Of a DNA stretch of 64,000 bases, positions 38,127 to 50,599 are shown piece by piece. Each line of letters begins with the position of its first letter. The first letter of the stretch is position 1. The position numbers and the translations under genes are program-made. A model generated the notes under the pieces. That model saw only the letters and a program-made list of their open reading frames with translations, was not told where the DNA came from and did no database searches. The stretch is from Dicyema japonicum. Its lineage: Eukaryota > Animalia > Dicyemida. The stretch covers positions 74,426-138,425 of the forward strand of contig RDEW01000085.1 in the NCBI GenBank assembly GCA_011109175.1, written 5' to 3'.

Positions 38127-41012
38127 TTAAGCTACTAAAAATAAAAAAAATTCAAAAAGAATAATAAAAAACATCACTAAAAATAAGCTACACTTAAACT
38201 GATTGGTTGAATCTCTGCTAATATAATTTCTATGTATCAGATCTTCCAGTTCTTTCTTGAAATCACATTCACTGGAATGTGTCCCAAATTTCTCCATAAA
38301 CTGCAAATATACAAATCACCAAACCTTATCAAATAAATCTTTATACACAACAGTCTGCTGAGATTTTACTATTCTCATTATGAAGGCTTGAATTCTCAAA
38401 AATAACAAAAAATTAACTTATCATGACCAGAGACTACACGATTACCCACAGAACAAGCTTGTCGTTCCTGGTCCGTCATTAATGCTTGCATTAATCCGAC
38501 CCTATCTGACAAATTGATCAAAAAGATACTTTTCGATATGACCACGTGGTCTTTTGAAAATATCCCAAATTCCTCGTTAACTCTGAAGACTGTTTGATCG
38601 CAATATCCACTGCTGTGGACATTCTCAGAGTCCAGCAAAGTGAGGATCCCATTCTCAGATCTCGTCAGATAGAATAGGATGTCTTTCAAACAGTTGGGAG
38701 GAATCTGAGGCAAAGATTCAGTCAAAGACTATCAATTGAAAAGTGACCCATACTTGGAGAGAATGAGACGATTCATGGTTGAAACATAAGAGTACCAACG
38801 CCTGAACAAGCGTGCATTCAATACTAATACTTCGACCTCTCTCAAAAACAAAGTCAAGATCAACACGGCAGAGGTCAGGGATAATGGTGAGAAACCTGTG
38901 TTTGTGAATTGATCCATAAATCCTACTAATAACCTCAACAACCACTTTTTGAATTCATTAAACGAATTCTCAAGCACAGGTGGAATCGGGAATGGTTTGA
39001 GATAATCAGAGAATGGGTATTTCATGTTCATGCTTCCCTTGGTCAGTACAGTAATGAAAGAGGGTATATTCTACCTCAAAACAGCCATGAATACCTCACA
39101 TTGGGGTACCTTGCTGTTTAGCTCAATGGAACTGACGACATCATTAAAAATCTTCTTTGTCTGTTCAATAAAGTCGTACCCGCAGGATTTCTACCATAAA
39201 CTACAAAATTACCCCAATTTGGGCGATTACGAATTTTTCCTTATCCACGTTGATTTTGGCTGGATTATCGCTTAGTTGGGAAAAGTAACGGATGAAAGTC
39301 ATGTTTCTGTATAGCTTCTCGAATATGTTGAGTTTCACAAAGGAAATCAACTTGATGGCAGTGGAGAACAGACTTTCAAACTCATACTGGCTTATCTAGT
39401 ATCATTAACACAAATACATCGTCACGTGCTATTAGATTGGATAGATAAAAAGACAGACTAAAGTCAAAATGCGGAACGTGTGAGGTTAGGTTTACGAAGG
39501 CTCCATAAATGGGCTCCAAAGTTCCGGGTTTCATATTCATAGTCCGCAGAACATCCTCAATCTGACAACGCTCCTCGTGCCAGCTAATTAACATCTGAAT
39601 AACTCAGGGACTAACCTCAGCAGTAATATTGTTAATGTTGTTGGTGGATATTTCAAAAAGACACTTCTGAGCCTCATTTCTACGGAGGATTTCCTTAGCC
39701 TCTGGTGAATCCTTCAATTTCTCTATTCGATTGCACATGTGGGACACAAACAATGACTGGCAGCAGTCAATGTTGTTAAGAAACAAGTAAATCTCCTTCA
39801 GCTCTGTCAAATTACCAAAAACAGTCAACCGGAGTATCTTTGAATAGTAAGAAGCTTCAAAATTCCGTCAAGAGGAAACTGACGGTAATTTCAACAGGAC
39901 AACCTCAAAAACGTCGGGACACGAATGCCTGACAAAGTTTTCAATGAAGATCCGGTCAATGTACCTGTCCTCTTTTGGAAAGAGGACTTTGCTGAACTCT
40001 GTCTCAAACATAAAGATATTCATAGCCGTTTTGAAGAAATGGATCATTGATTTCTTCTTCTTGATGGTATCACTATAATTCTGCAGATAAATTTGAGGTA
40101 CATACAGCAAAATATCTTCTTGTAATCTTAGAAAATGGAATCACGAAGCACTGAGAGAACAGATCAGAGTTGTTGTCATTCAGTTCTTTCAGGATTTCCA
40201 GACTTTGAGTCAAAGTAGGACTATTTATATAAAAAAATTAGACTTTAAGACGGCCTGTTTGTTTCTACAGTCGGTAATTAAAGTGAGGAGAGCGTCTGAA
40301 CAGATTGAACAAGTTTCTTGGTCGAAAATACNTACATACAGCAAAATATCTTCTTGTAATCTTAGAAAATGGAATCACGAAGCACTGAGAACAGATCAGA
40401 GTTGTTGTCATTCAGTTCTTTCAGGATTTCCAGACTTTGAGTCAAAGTAGGACTATTTATATAAAAATTAGACTTTAAGACGGCCTGTTTGTTTCTACAG
40501 TCGGTAATTAAAGTGAGGAGAGCGTCTGAGCAGATTGAACAAGTTTCTTGGTCGAAAATACAGTCTCTAAAACAGTCTATGGACATTTGGTAAATTCTTG
40601 GTTGATTCTCCTCTATTTGGCCGACCATGAAGCTTCTGGGACACTGCATGGCCTTATCCTGTAGAGATCATCAGAACGGAGGCTACCAAATACATGAGAA
40701 CATCAGCGACAATCTTAGAACGATCTGCGTAGGTTTGGAAATGGAAATTAAGCGAGGAAAGAAACTGCAACCCTCGGAGACCTTTGATTTGAGGTAAAAT
40801 CTATAATATTGGCCAAGAATAACCATATTAATCACGTGTGTGGAGAATAGGTATTTCACTTTGTTGTACAGGTATCTCCCGTAGCCTCGAATTGTTATCT
40901 TGTATCCCTTATTGTGTAAATCAACAAAGCTAAGATGGCTGAGTTCACTGCACAAAATCAATTGGAGAGATTCCCTAAGACTTTCCCACAGACTTTCTAT
41001 GTCCGCATTCAT
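38127..41012 (-). CDS. Divergent cullin, most like CUL3, many short introns
   Basis: N-term LWESLRESLQLI..LSFVDLHNKGYKI...GRYLYNKV (cf. CUL3 WDLLKNAIQEI..LSFEELYRNAY); neddylation region IQAFIMRIVKSQQ; C-term FKKELEDLIHRNYISRD; exact 3' end uncertain; duplication 40103-40560 likely artefact. Confidence 0.85.
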
Positions 41013-41389
41013 TTGGGACTAATAAAGTAAGAAATAAACTCAAACGCTGTCAAAGTCGACTTTAATTGGAGGAGGAAAGTGCATTTAAATCAACAGAGCA
41101 ATAATATAATCTATTAAATAATAATTATAATTTAAATATTAAATTTAAAATAAATATACATTTTAACCTTAAAACGGAATCAAAGTTAATTTTAAACATT
41201 TATTTTTAGAAAACTCTCACCTTGAGAAGAGCTGTTCAAATGAGAAGAGCTGTTCAGGATTCTCGACCCCGCCGGACTCGTCCTCACCTTCGTCGGTCTG
41301 GGATCACTTAGTTAGATGGGAACTTTTATTTCTTTCTCTTTGACCCAGTGATCCTGGGGGTAATAATAATAAAACTCTCACCTTGAGTG

Positions 41390-42295
41390 AACAACGTTTA
41401 CGATTGGTTGACTGACAAAAGACTTACGATTCTTACCGAAAAATCAATATGTACAATTTTCACCTCAGAACGTTATTAAAAAGAAGATCCAAGAATTTTT
41501 CATTGATCCTGTCCAGATACCAGTAACAAGGTCTCTTTCAATTCTTGGATCAATGTTCGACAGGCTGTTGGATTTCAATTCCCATGCGAAGAAAGTCTTC
41601 AATAGATGCCTGCAAAATTTGAACTTTGTACGTGTGCTTATCCGGAGAATTCCTTTAATTTGGGTGATTCTGTTTCAACACTCTACCGGCAAACTATCCG
41701 GCTGTGGAGTATTCCTTCGTTGCATGGAGATTCGCGTTATCAGAGACTACGCTCCACAGAATCAAGTCAATATTACGAAAAACTATTCATATGATTGGCC
41801 CTCATTCTGGATCAATAGTTATTCCCTTACTCACAGAAGCTATGACCTATAGTCGCGGATCCGGATTCCTTCGGGTCTGTAAGGAGGATGGAAACCCGTT
41901 TTCAAGGCAAAAGAAAGTCGATTGGTTAGGAAGTTCCCTTCCCCAATCAGATTCCTCTGCAAGGATGAGAGAAGGCTCTTTCGCACGGTAGTGGGAACAA
42001 TGAGAGATCACAGACGCTGGATGGCTCGTTTGATTGCCGGGATTAGGATTACCTAACTGTCTGACGTTTNCAAGGCAAAAGAAAGTCGTTTGGTTAGGAA
42101 GTTCCCTTCCCAAATCGGATTCCTCTACAAGGCTGAGAGAATGCTCTCTCGCACTGTAGTGGGAACAATGAGAGATCACAGACGCTGGATGGCTCGTTTG
42201 ATTGCCGGGATTAGGATTACCTAACTGTCTGACGTTTTTCTGTCCTTCTTTCTCGCTGTTCCCGGGATTTTATAGGAGTTCTAAATAAATAAAAC
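41390..42295 (+). mobile_element. Jockey/I-group LINE 3' portion
   Basis: Thumb ILGSMFDRLLDFNSH; 3' end shared with 14440-14612. Confidence 0.65.
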
Positions 42296-42779
42296 TTTCA
42301 TCTCGGTTAAGTAAACGATCTATTTTTCTCAAATTAAAATGGTTGCTATGTGACAAACCAAGTAGATTTTTATAGGAACGCAGTCACGGCAGCCGCTATA
42401 TGACCATTTACTCCCTTTTCTTTCTTAAATAAAATTTTTGTTTAATTTATTAAATAATCAATTTTAATTTCTTTGTGTATTCACCTTTTTTGTGAAGAAC
42501 AAAGACATAATGCCTTATCATAATGTTCTGTTTATTATTCACTTTTCCAACCTCACGATGACAACCAATTAGTTTTTATTCAACTTCCTCCGTTTGTAAG
42601 CATTTTGGGAGTAAGAATAAGCAAACAATGAATAAATTTACTCATTCATTTCCAAACGAGAGATGTTCCACGTGATAATGGAAAATTGTCATTTCATACG
42701 TTTCTTTCCATCCCTGGGTTTTTTATAAAAATGGAAACCTCTTTGACTCCAGACCACGAATGATGGTCTTGTTAAAAAT

Positions 42780-45040
42780 GGTTTGTTTGAGGAACCGAGC
42801 GAAGCTCTTTCTATAAGAATGAGGATGAATCTCCTTCTAGTCTCGACCATATCCCCACGACTTTGTTGGCGGCTTCATTGTTGGTAACTTGCGTATGGAA
42901 AAATAGGGAGTAGTCACTACGATGCACTCGTGTAGGCTAATATTGGTTCGAGAAATCTAACGTTGTCTCCAAGAGCTTTTGAGACGCTATATCGGATAGT
43001 CATTCTCTTCATCGTAGATATAACCTTTTCCCACGTGTCTGTCAAAGGAAAGTCCCCGATCAAACATGGTGTTTGGCGTGCTATTGATAGAGACAAAAGG
43101 GGCCTCCTAGAACATATGTACTCTTTAAAATTCTCAACCTTCTCATCTTCAAAGCAAATCCAAAAACGAAGGAATTTAATTTCGACGAGCTTTAGCAAGC
43201 AGGGACTTGTATTACAGTCTGGAAGAAAGAGGGGGGGTCCTTCATTTAATAGTTTATTGGAAGGTGAAGTGAATATTTTAAAAATCTTCTTTGAGACAAA
43301 GTCAAATGGATACCCACTGAACAGATCACTGGTTTTAGATGCCTCAGCTCCATCCTGAATGAAGTTGGTCAAAATTCGTAGATGGGTGGACGTAGATCTT
43401 TCATTTTTAAAGCCATGCTGTAAGGGCATATCCAGTAGGAATTCCTTTATTTTTGTGAGCACAAGTTTTTCCAGGAGTTTTGATATTGAGCAGAGTAGGG
43501 ACACAGGTCTAAATGACGCTGGATCCTTGATTTGAGAATTGGGCAAATGTATGCCTGCTTCCAAATTGATGGTATTACGTTTTTATTAACCAAAAAGTTG
43601 AAGATGGCCGTAAGGAAGATGATTCCTTTATCTCCAATTTTCTTTAACAGGATCATCAGGATATTATCTGGAACGTGGGAATATAGAAAAGTAATGATTC
43701 CATTACTTCCTTCTCCCATAAGTAGTGTCTGACATTTTTTCAGCTTCCTTCGTGATAACGGTGGCCCATCCAACTTTTTGTAATCTTTGAATGATATCTT
43801 GGCGTAGAATTTTATAATCCTATTAACATCTCTCTGAGTGTAGTCTTCAAAGGGTGAAACCTCATCACCCTTTGCCACATTCCGAATTGCTTTCCATACT
43901 TCTCCGGTGGAGCTATTTCGATTTAATTTTGTAAGTACTTGGTTCCACTTCGCTATCTGGGATTTTAGTTCTTTTGCTTTTATTTTGTTGTTTAGCGCTC
44001 TAAGCCGGAGTTTCTTTTCTGCTGTAATCCGATTGGATTTTTTGAGAAGATTTCTTTTTTTAATCAAAGCCGTCTTCCCATGTCCACTAAATGAATTTAG
44101 TGAATATTTTGGTATGGAGAATGATCTTGCTCTTATGATCGTGTTGTTGAGGTAGGTGACCGCTTTGTCCGATGAATAGAAACGATCGAGGTAACAGTCC
44201 TGTAGCAGCTTTTCCGTGATAAGTTGGTACATTTTTCAGTCAGCATTTTTATAATTGTAGCTTCTTAGGATTTTTTTGACACTGGTAGCTCTCTTGATCT
44301 TTATCACGATCGGGGTTGTGGTCACATCTCGTTTCGTATAAGACTGATCATGCAATCTTCGATGCAAGTAGAGCAGAACAGAGAGTTACGTCAGGTGAAA
44401 TAGGCTGGTCTTTTTTTCTGAATGGTGTCCTTGTGTTTTTTGAAAGATCATTCAAAATCGTTAGAGTGTCAATTTGCGAAAGGAGCAATTTCCCTCTTTT
44501 GTCAGCGAGTTGAGAAGACAACCAAAGGGGATGCTTGGCATTCAGGTCCCCGTAGACGATGATCTCATCGAATGTAGTACTCCTGAAAGATTTGGAATAT
44601 AATAGCCCTTGGGGCATGAGCCAGGATGAGGAACGTAGATGTTCATAAGACATAGACTTCCATTTGTTGTACCCAATGAGATTACGATTACTTCAGTAAC
44701 CTCATCATCCCTAATGCACTGTTTCACCTCTGAAATGATGACCTTGCATTTCAGATTCTTTCTGAATAGAGTGATTAGGTCTCCGCCTTTTCTATGCTTC
44801 ATGTCCATCTTAATATACTTGTAGCCGGGGAATAAAGGAGTAGGATAATTCATGTAGAGCTTAGTTTCTTGGATCACAGCTACGTCGATCTTCTGATTTG
44901 TCAGGATTGAACTGAGTTCCCTGATCTTGTTTTTAATCTCATTGATGTTCAATTAGAGAGCAGTAAATTTTCTTTCTCTACGGTGGGCTGAGGAATTCCT
45001 CTAGGAATATATGGACTAGGATTGAACGGAATTCCCTGAT
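42780..45040 (-). mobile_element. Jockey/I-group LINE (APE + RT), frameshifted
   Basis: LNINEIKNK..VIQETKL, GDLNAKHPLW, SPDVTL, FRPVSLLCSISKLLEKLV..QHGFK..RST. Confidence 0.85.
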
Positions 45041-45405
45041 NNNNNNNNNNNNNNNNNNNNNNNNNNNNNNNNNNNNNNNNNNNNNNNNNNNNNNNNNNNN
45101 NNNNNNNNNNNNNNNNNNNNNNNNNNNNNNNNNNNNNNNNNNNNNNNNNNNNNNNNNNNNNNNNNNNNNNNNNNNNNNNNNNNNNNNNNNNNNNNNNNNN
45201 NNNNNNNNNNNNNNNNNNNNNNNNNNNNNNNNNNNNNNNNNNNNNNNNNNNNNNNNNNNNNNNNNNNNNNNNNNNNNNNNNNNNNNNNNNNNNNNNNNNN
45301 NNNNNNNNNNNNNNNNNNNNNNNNNNNNNNNNNNNNNNNNNNNNNNNNNNNNNNNNNNNNNNNNNNNNNNNNNNNNNNNNNNNNNNNNNNNNNNNNNNNN
45401 NNNNN

Positions 45406-46830
45406 NTTTTTCAGCCTGTGTAATGCCGCGTTTGCCATGGTTTTTCTCCGTATGATATCTTCACTTTCTCCTAATAGGGAGCCAAGTTTCTTTGTGTGTC
45501 TCCATTTCTCTTCGAGTGAGTTATTCATTCGTTTTATTTCTGTCCGTTCTGTTTTTTCCCTGTTCACGGTGAGAAACCATTTCCCAAGTATATCTGGTGC
45601 TTTTTCTAGTACATGTTCCAGGAGTTCTTTGTCTTCAGAAATTAGGTCGACATCATCAGCATAAATCACTTCTTATATTTTTCTTTGGTATAATGGTCTC
45701 AGTTCCCTCATAGTGGCCTCCAAGTAGTGAATAGTAGAGGGGAGAGGGAGTCTCCTTGAGACGTGGCTGTGTTTGTTTCAAATTTTCTTGAGTAGGTTTT
45801 TCCAAATCTCACAAGGAGCTCTGTGCTAGATAGAAGGATTTGGATCATTCTTAGACTTGGTTCGTCAAAAAACCCTTCCAGCACTGTCATCAATTTGTTC
45901 CTGTTAACCGAGTCAAAGGCTTTTGATAGATCTATTCCCAGAATATGGGTGCCATTGCAATATCTTTGATGTGTTGCACATCTCTATCTGTGACTTCAGA
46001 CTGCATCAGCTGTTGATCTTCCTTCTCTGAACCTACTTTGACTTTCGGGTAGGTATTCGACGGGTCCTTTTATTTGTTCCAATACAATATTAGCTATGAC
46101 TTTCCGTAGAGAATTTGATGATATAATTGGTTGTAAGCTTTTATCCGGTCTTTTGGGTTTATTGGATTTTTGCAAGTATTAGTAATCCCGTTCCCAGAGG
46201 TAAAGTTGAGGTAGTTGAAAACATTTCATTTAGTAGCAAAACAGTTCTTTTTGGTAGAGTGTCTTGTTCAGTNTTTTATTTGTTCCAATACAATATTAGC
46301 TATGACTTTCCGTAGAGAATTTGATGATATAATTGGTCGTAAGCTTTTAACCAGTCTTTTGGGTTTATTGGATTTTTGCAAGTATTAGTAATCCCGTTCC
46401 CAGGGGTAAAGTTGAGGTAGTTGAAAACATTTCATTTAGTAGCAAAACAGTTCTTTTTAGTAGAGTGTCTTGTTCAGTCTCCTGATTTTTCTAAGAATTT
46501 GGTCCCTCTAACCCTGAAGGGCTTTTCTCTTGTTATAGTCTTTTTCGTTTAGTTTTTTTGTATGGATTTCTTTTAACTCCTTTGCTAATTCTGTATGTAT
46601 CGTCCGACCCATACTGGCCATCTCCCGAGTGCCGAAGTACTGACGTGCTGTTTCGTTTATTATATTCTTTGTGCGATCCCACGAAATTCCTACTGTTAGG
46701 TCCTTCAGATGAGAGCAGATGTATTTTTGGCTCTATCAGGATAAGAGATCAGTTTTTCCGTTGCGCATCCATTTCTTATACTCTCAATATTATTGTTCGT
46801 AATGTTGTTATGTATCTTGTGTTTGATACC
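45406..46830 (-). mobile_element. RTE-type LINE RT region, degenerate
   Basis: GIDLSKAFDSV, TSQGDSLSP, IYADDVD, KKLGSLLG. Confidence 0.85.
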
Positions 46831-46859
46831 ATATTTCGCCAGGCTGAATTTTTAATTTA

Positions 46860-47178
46860 ATTTATTAACCCCGGATACACCGAGAAAGAAGTTAAAGTAA
46901 ACAACTAATTAAGTGTATCCAGTTTCCACTGTTACAGAAACAGAGTCCATCCGGAATCAGCATAAAAGGTAAGATGTCCATTACATGCAGTTGTGGAAAC
47001 CCCTCCAGTGGAGTGCGGAAGAGCAAATGATCTTTTTTCGTGCCAGCCTGGCACTGGGCGTCACCTAGACAGGTGGATCACATAACGCCACTCTAATAGG
47101 AAGAGAGAAGAGGAACAGACAAGTAAGCAGAAAACTTCAATCAATTAACCACGCAGCACCACATGGCGCCACGCGGCT
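46860..47178 (-). repeat. SINE-like element, full length, with 14-bp TSD
   Basis: TTTCGCCAGGCTGA at 46834-46847 and 47192-47205. Confidence 0.9.
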
Positions 47179-47191
47179 AATTAAATAAATT

Positions 47192-47890
47192 TTTCGCCAG
47201 GCTGATGGTGACCACAAATGGGGAAGCTGTCTAAAAGCAGCCAAATATTATTTCCAGAATCTTCCAGAAATTATTAAAATTGTCCCTGAATTTGAAGATG
47301 GAGTTTTAACCAAAAATGTTTCGATTTTTAATTATTTTAGAATCAGTTAATATTCGCCAGGCTGATGGTGACCACAAATGGGGAAGCTGGCTAAAAGCAG
47401 CCAAATATTACTCCCAGAATCTTCCAGAAATTATTAAAATTGTCTCTGAATTTGAAGATGGAGTTTTAACCAAAAATGTTTCGATTTTTAATTATTTTAG
47501 AATCAGTTAATATTCGCACTTTGTTTTCAATTTTAACCGAAATCAGCTCAAACTATTTGGCTTTAATTGAAATGATTTCAAATACTTAACTCCTCGATTA
47601 TTTAATTGAAAAATCTTATGCAGATCTGAACAGCATAGAATTTTCATCAGATTGGTGCAATATAAAAATTATATATCAAAAAAGCTTTAAAAATTTGGGA
47701 TACTAAGTATTCTTGATTTCTCAAATAAAAATCTTTTGCCAGAAATTTACTCATACCTTCGCAATTGTTGTGGAAGCTCAGCCTCAATGAAAGGGCGATA
47801 TCTTTTTTGACGAAAATTTTTACTAAAAATCGAAATTTTAAACCTGGAAATGTTCAGGAATATTTAATTTCGTATTACAATAAATGATTT
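47192..47890 (+). mobile_element. DNA transposase fragment (hAT-like, DUF659-type)
   Basis: KWGSWLKAAKYYSQNLPEII resembles the TRWGTWLxAAxYY motif. Confidence 0.5.
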
Positions 47891-47906
47891 CGTTTATTTT
47901 TCCATA

Positions 47907-50075
47907 ATGCAAGCCAGGAATATCCCAGTAAAAATCCCTAAAGAAGTACGAATTGCCGCAGCATCTTGTCTTTCAGATGCCATTGATCGCGCACTATCCT
48001 CTGACAGTTGGGAATCCTGGATAAAACTTACATGCTTTGTACCCGTCGCACTCGGAATACATACAACGGAATCTGAGGACAATGATAAAGAATCAAACTC
48101 TCGGCTCAACTTATCCAGGAAACTGCAACGAAACATAATGAATTTTAGTAGTATAACATACACGCAATACTTGAACAGCCACTTAATGTCAATGAGGACG
48201 AAACCAGAGGAGCATAAACCAAAAATGTCCCCAACAAACTAAGAGAGTAAACCGAAAACTTCTGGAGGGTGACGTGCGTTCAGTCTTACGGGTTCTCATG
48301 TCCGATGACACAGTTTTGTCTTGTACCCCGAGGTCCTGAATACCTTAATACTGAAGGACCCAGATGCACTGACTATGAAAAGTTTTTGAATCCGGAAGGA
48401 ACCCTGGAGATTATCATTACCGAATCCAAGTGCGCCGCGGAATAGCTTCCTTCGCCGTTAGCAGCGGTGGAGACTTGGAGGGGTTACGTCCTGGCCATAT
48501 CGAAACATACAATTAATTACGTAAAGCGTTACCCGCTTTAAAACATTTGGGCTTGGACATCAATGTTGACAAATCAGAGCTAATAAATGTCTCATATCCA
48601 TACACCGACTTCCTCTCTATCAAAGAGTCTTTTAACGATCTGCTTCCTGGGATCCCGACTGTGCCAGTTGATAAATTATATTTTCTCGGATGCCCACTCA
48701 GCGAAGAAGAACTCAAGAACCATCTACTTTCCAAAAATGAAGAATTAACACGCCTTGCGAAAAGATTGTCATGTCTCGACTCTCACACATCTTTTTTCCT
48801 GATGAGAAACAACATCGGACTACCCAAGCTTTTATATTTACTCCGATGTTCACCCTGCTACAATACGACACTCTACTTTCAATAGACAAATCTCTCAAGC
48901 AAACTGTTGAGTCACTAATTAACGTCCGCTTCGACGAACTTGGTTGGAAACAGTGCAAGCTTCCCTCTGGATTTGGGGGTGTCGGTCTAAGATCGGCGCT
49001 GGAGGTTGCGTACCCGGCATATCTATCGTCTCTCTCAAGCTGCAGCCATTTGACACGGCAAGTCCTACATAACACTATTGGACTTCGCTGGAATGAGTCA
49101 TTTGACGAAGCTTGTTGGAAATGGAACGGGTCCGGACTCAAAATCCCCGAAGACACAAAAAAGCAAAGTAATTGGGATAACATTGTCTGCTCCAAAATTT
49201 TGGAAGACCTTAAAAAAGAAGCAAATCAACATCGTCTGGCTTGTTTGGTGTCAGCTTCAAGTAGAGGGAGTGGAGCATGGCTCGGTGCAATACCTTGCCC
49301 AAACCTCGTGACCTTTTTGGACGACGATTCTTTGAGGATTGGAATCGGACAAAGGCTGGGACTAGACGTTTGCCAGGAGCACCGATGCCGATGCGCATGG
49401 CTCGGTGCAATACCTTGCCCAAACCTCGTGACCTTTTTGGACGACGATTCTTTGAGGATTGGAATCGGACAAAGGCTGGGACTAGACGTTTGCCAGGAGC
49501 ACCGATGCCGATGCGGGAAAACAGTCGATGCGGATTGCACCCGCTGTCCTGCAGAAGAAGCGCCGGAAGGGGACCACGTCATGCTGCTCTGAACGATGTG
49601 ATCGTCAGATCTCTGAAGGCTTCAGGCTTCCCAGCACAGCTTGAACCAGTGGGTCTTGATCGAGGAGATGGGAAGAGACCTGACGGGATGACCTTTTTCC
49701 CCTTCACGTCTGGAAGATCTTTGGTCTGGGACGCAACTTGTGCGGACACGTTTTCATGCACAAATATTTTTAAATCAGTTCAGACACCTGGAGCAGCTGC
49801 TTCGACTGCGGAGAACTTAAAAATCAAGAAATATTCTTGCCTCGGGGATCGCTACCGATTTACTCCTGTTGCGAGCGAATCATCGGGAGCCGTTGGTCCA
49901 ATGACGACTGGGTTCTTGCGAGAACTCGGAGGATTGCTTGCCAGAAAGAAAAGGGATCAACGAGAAGGGTTATGGCTAAGACAAAAGATTGGAATAGCCA
50001 TACTCCGAGGGAACTCGTTCGCAATCCACGCAACAGGCTTCCTCAATTGACATTTGTTTAATTAAAAAAAAAATT
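47907..50075 (+). mobile_element. CRE-clade non-LTR retrotransposon (partial RT, Zn knuckle, RLE), internally deleted
   Basis: LPKLLYLLRCSP, GFGGVGLR, SGAWL, CRCG..H.LSC, RHAALND, GKRPDGMT..WDATCADT, K.KKY, GNS; A-rich tail. Confidence 0.9.
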
Positions 50076-50599
50076 TTGTTGTTTAAAAAAAAATTCAAAA
50101 TATTTTGATGTTTGATGATCTAATTCGATTTCTGAAGTAGAACAAGTTTCTTGAATTTCATCATCTGAAAAATGTTCAGTATTTTGGGCTGGTAATTCGA
50201 TCACTTTATTATCAGACACAGAAAAAGTATTGAATCCCGGAGTTCCAAATAATAGTCTAAAAATAAATCCATAATGCTAACCTGAAAGGTGACTTTCTGG
50301 TAACACAATGAATAGAAATGTTATATTTATAAACAGTAATTTTCAATATGTCAATCCAATTATTAGATTTGGATTTAAATAGAGTTTTTTAGCGTTTGAT
50401 GCCTTTGTGATTGAGGGTGTCTTAGTCAATCATGAATTGCCGTTATCCGCCGATCACATAATAATGCAGAAACTTCAGTGTTACAAAACTCTTTTTTCAA
50501 CCCTTTTCAGGCTTGATCGCTTTATTGACTCAAAATAAAATTTTTTATTTTTTGAGGGAACAAGGGACCGATCCTTCGACCTCTTCTATTTTCGACCCT

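Noticed and set aside
40103-40560. ~100-230-bp near-identical tandem duplications (also near 8380, 8905, 11440, 13500, 15021, 15775, 16040, 16650, 29270, 30790, 31440, 32860, 34750, 41900, 46070, 47190, 49275, 54200, 54715, 59490)
   Set aside because: Many are joined by a single n, are of read-like length, differ by scattered SNPs and fall indiscriminately in genes and repeats. Most likely unmerged contig or haplotype overlaps, so not evidence of pseudogenisation or of a repeat array
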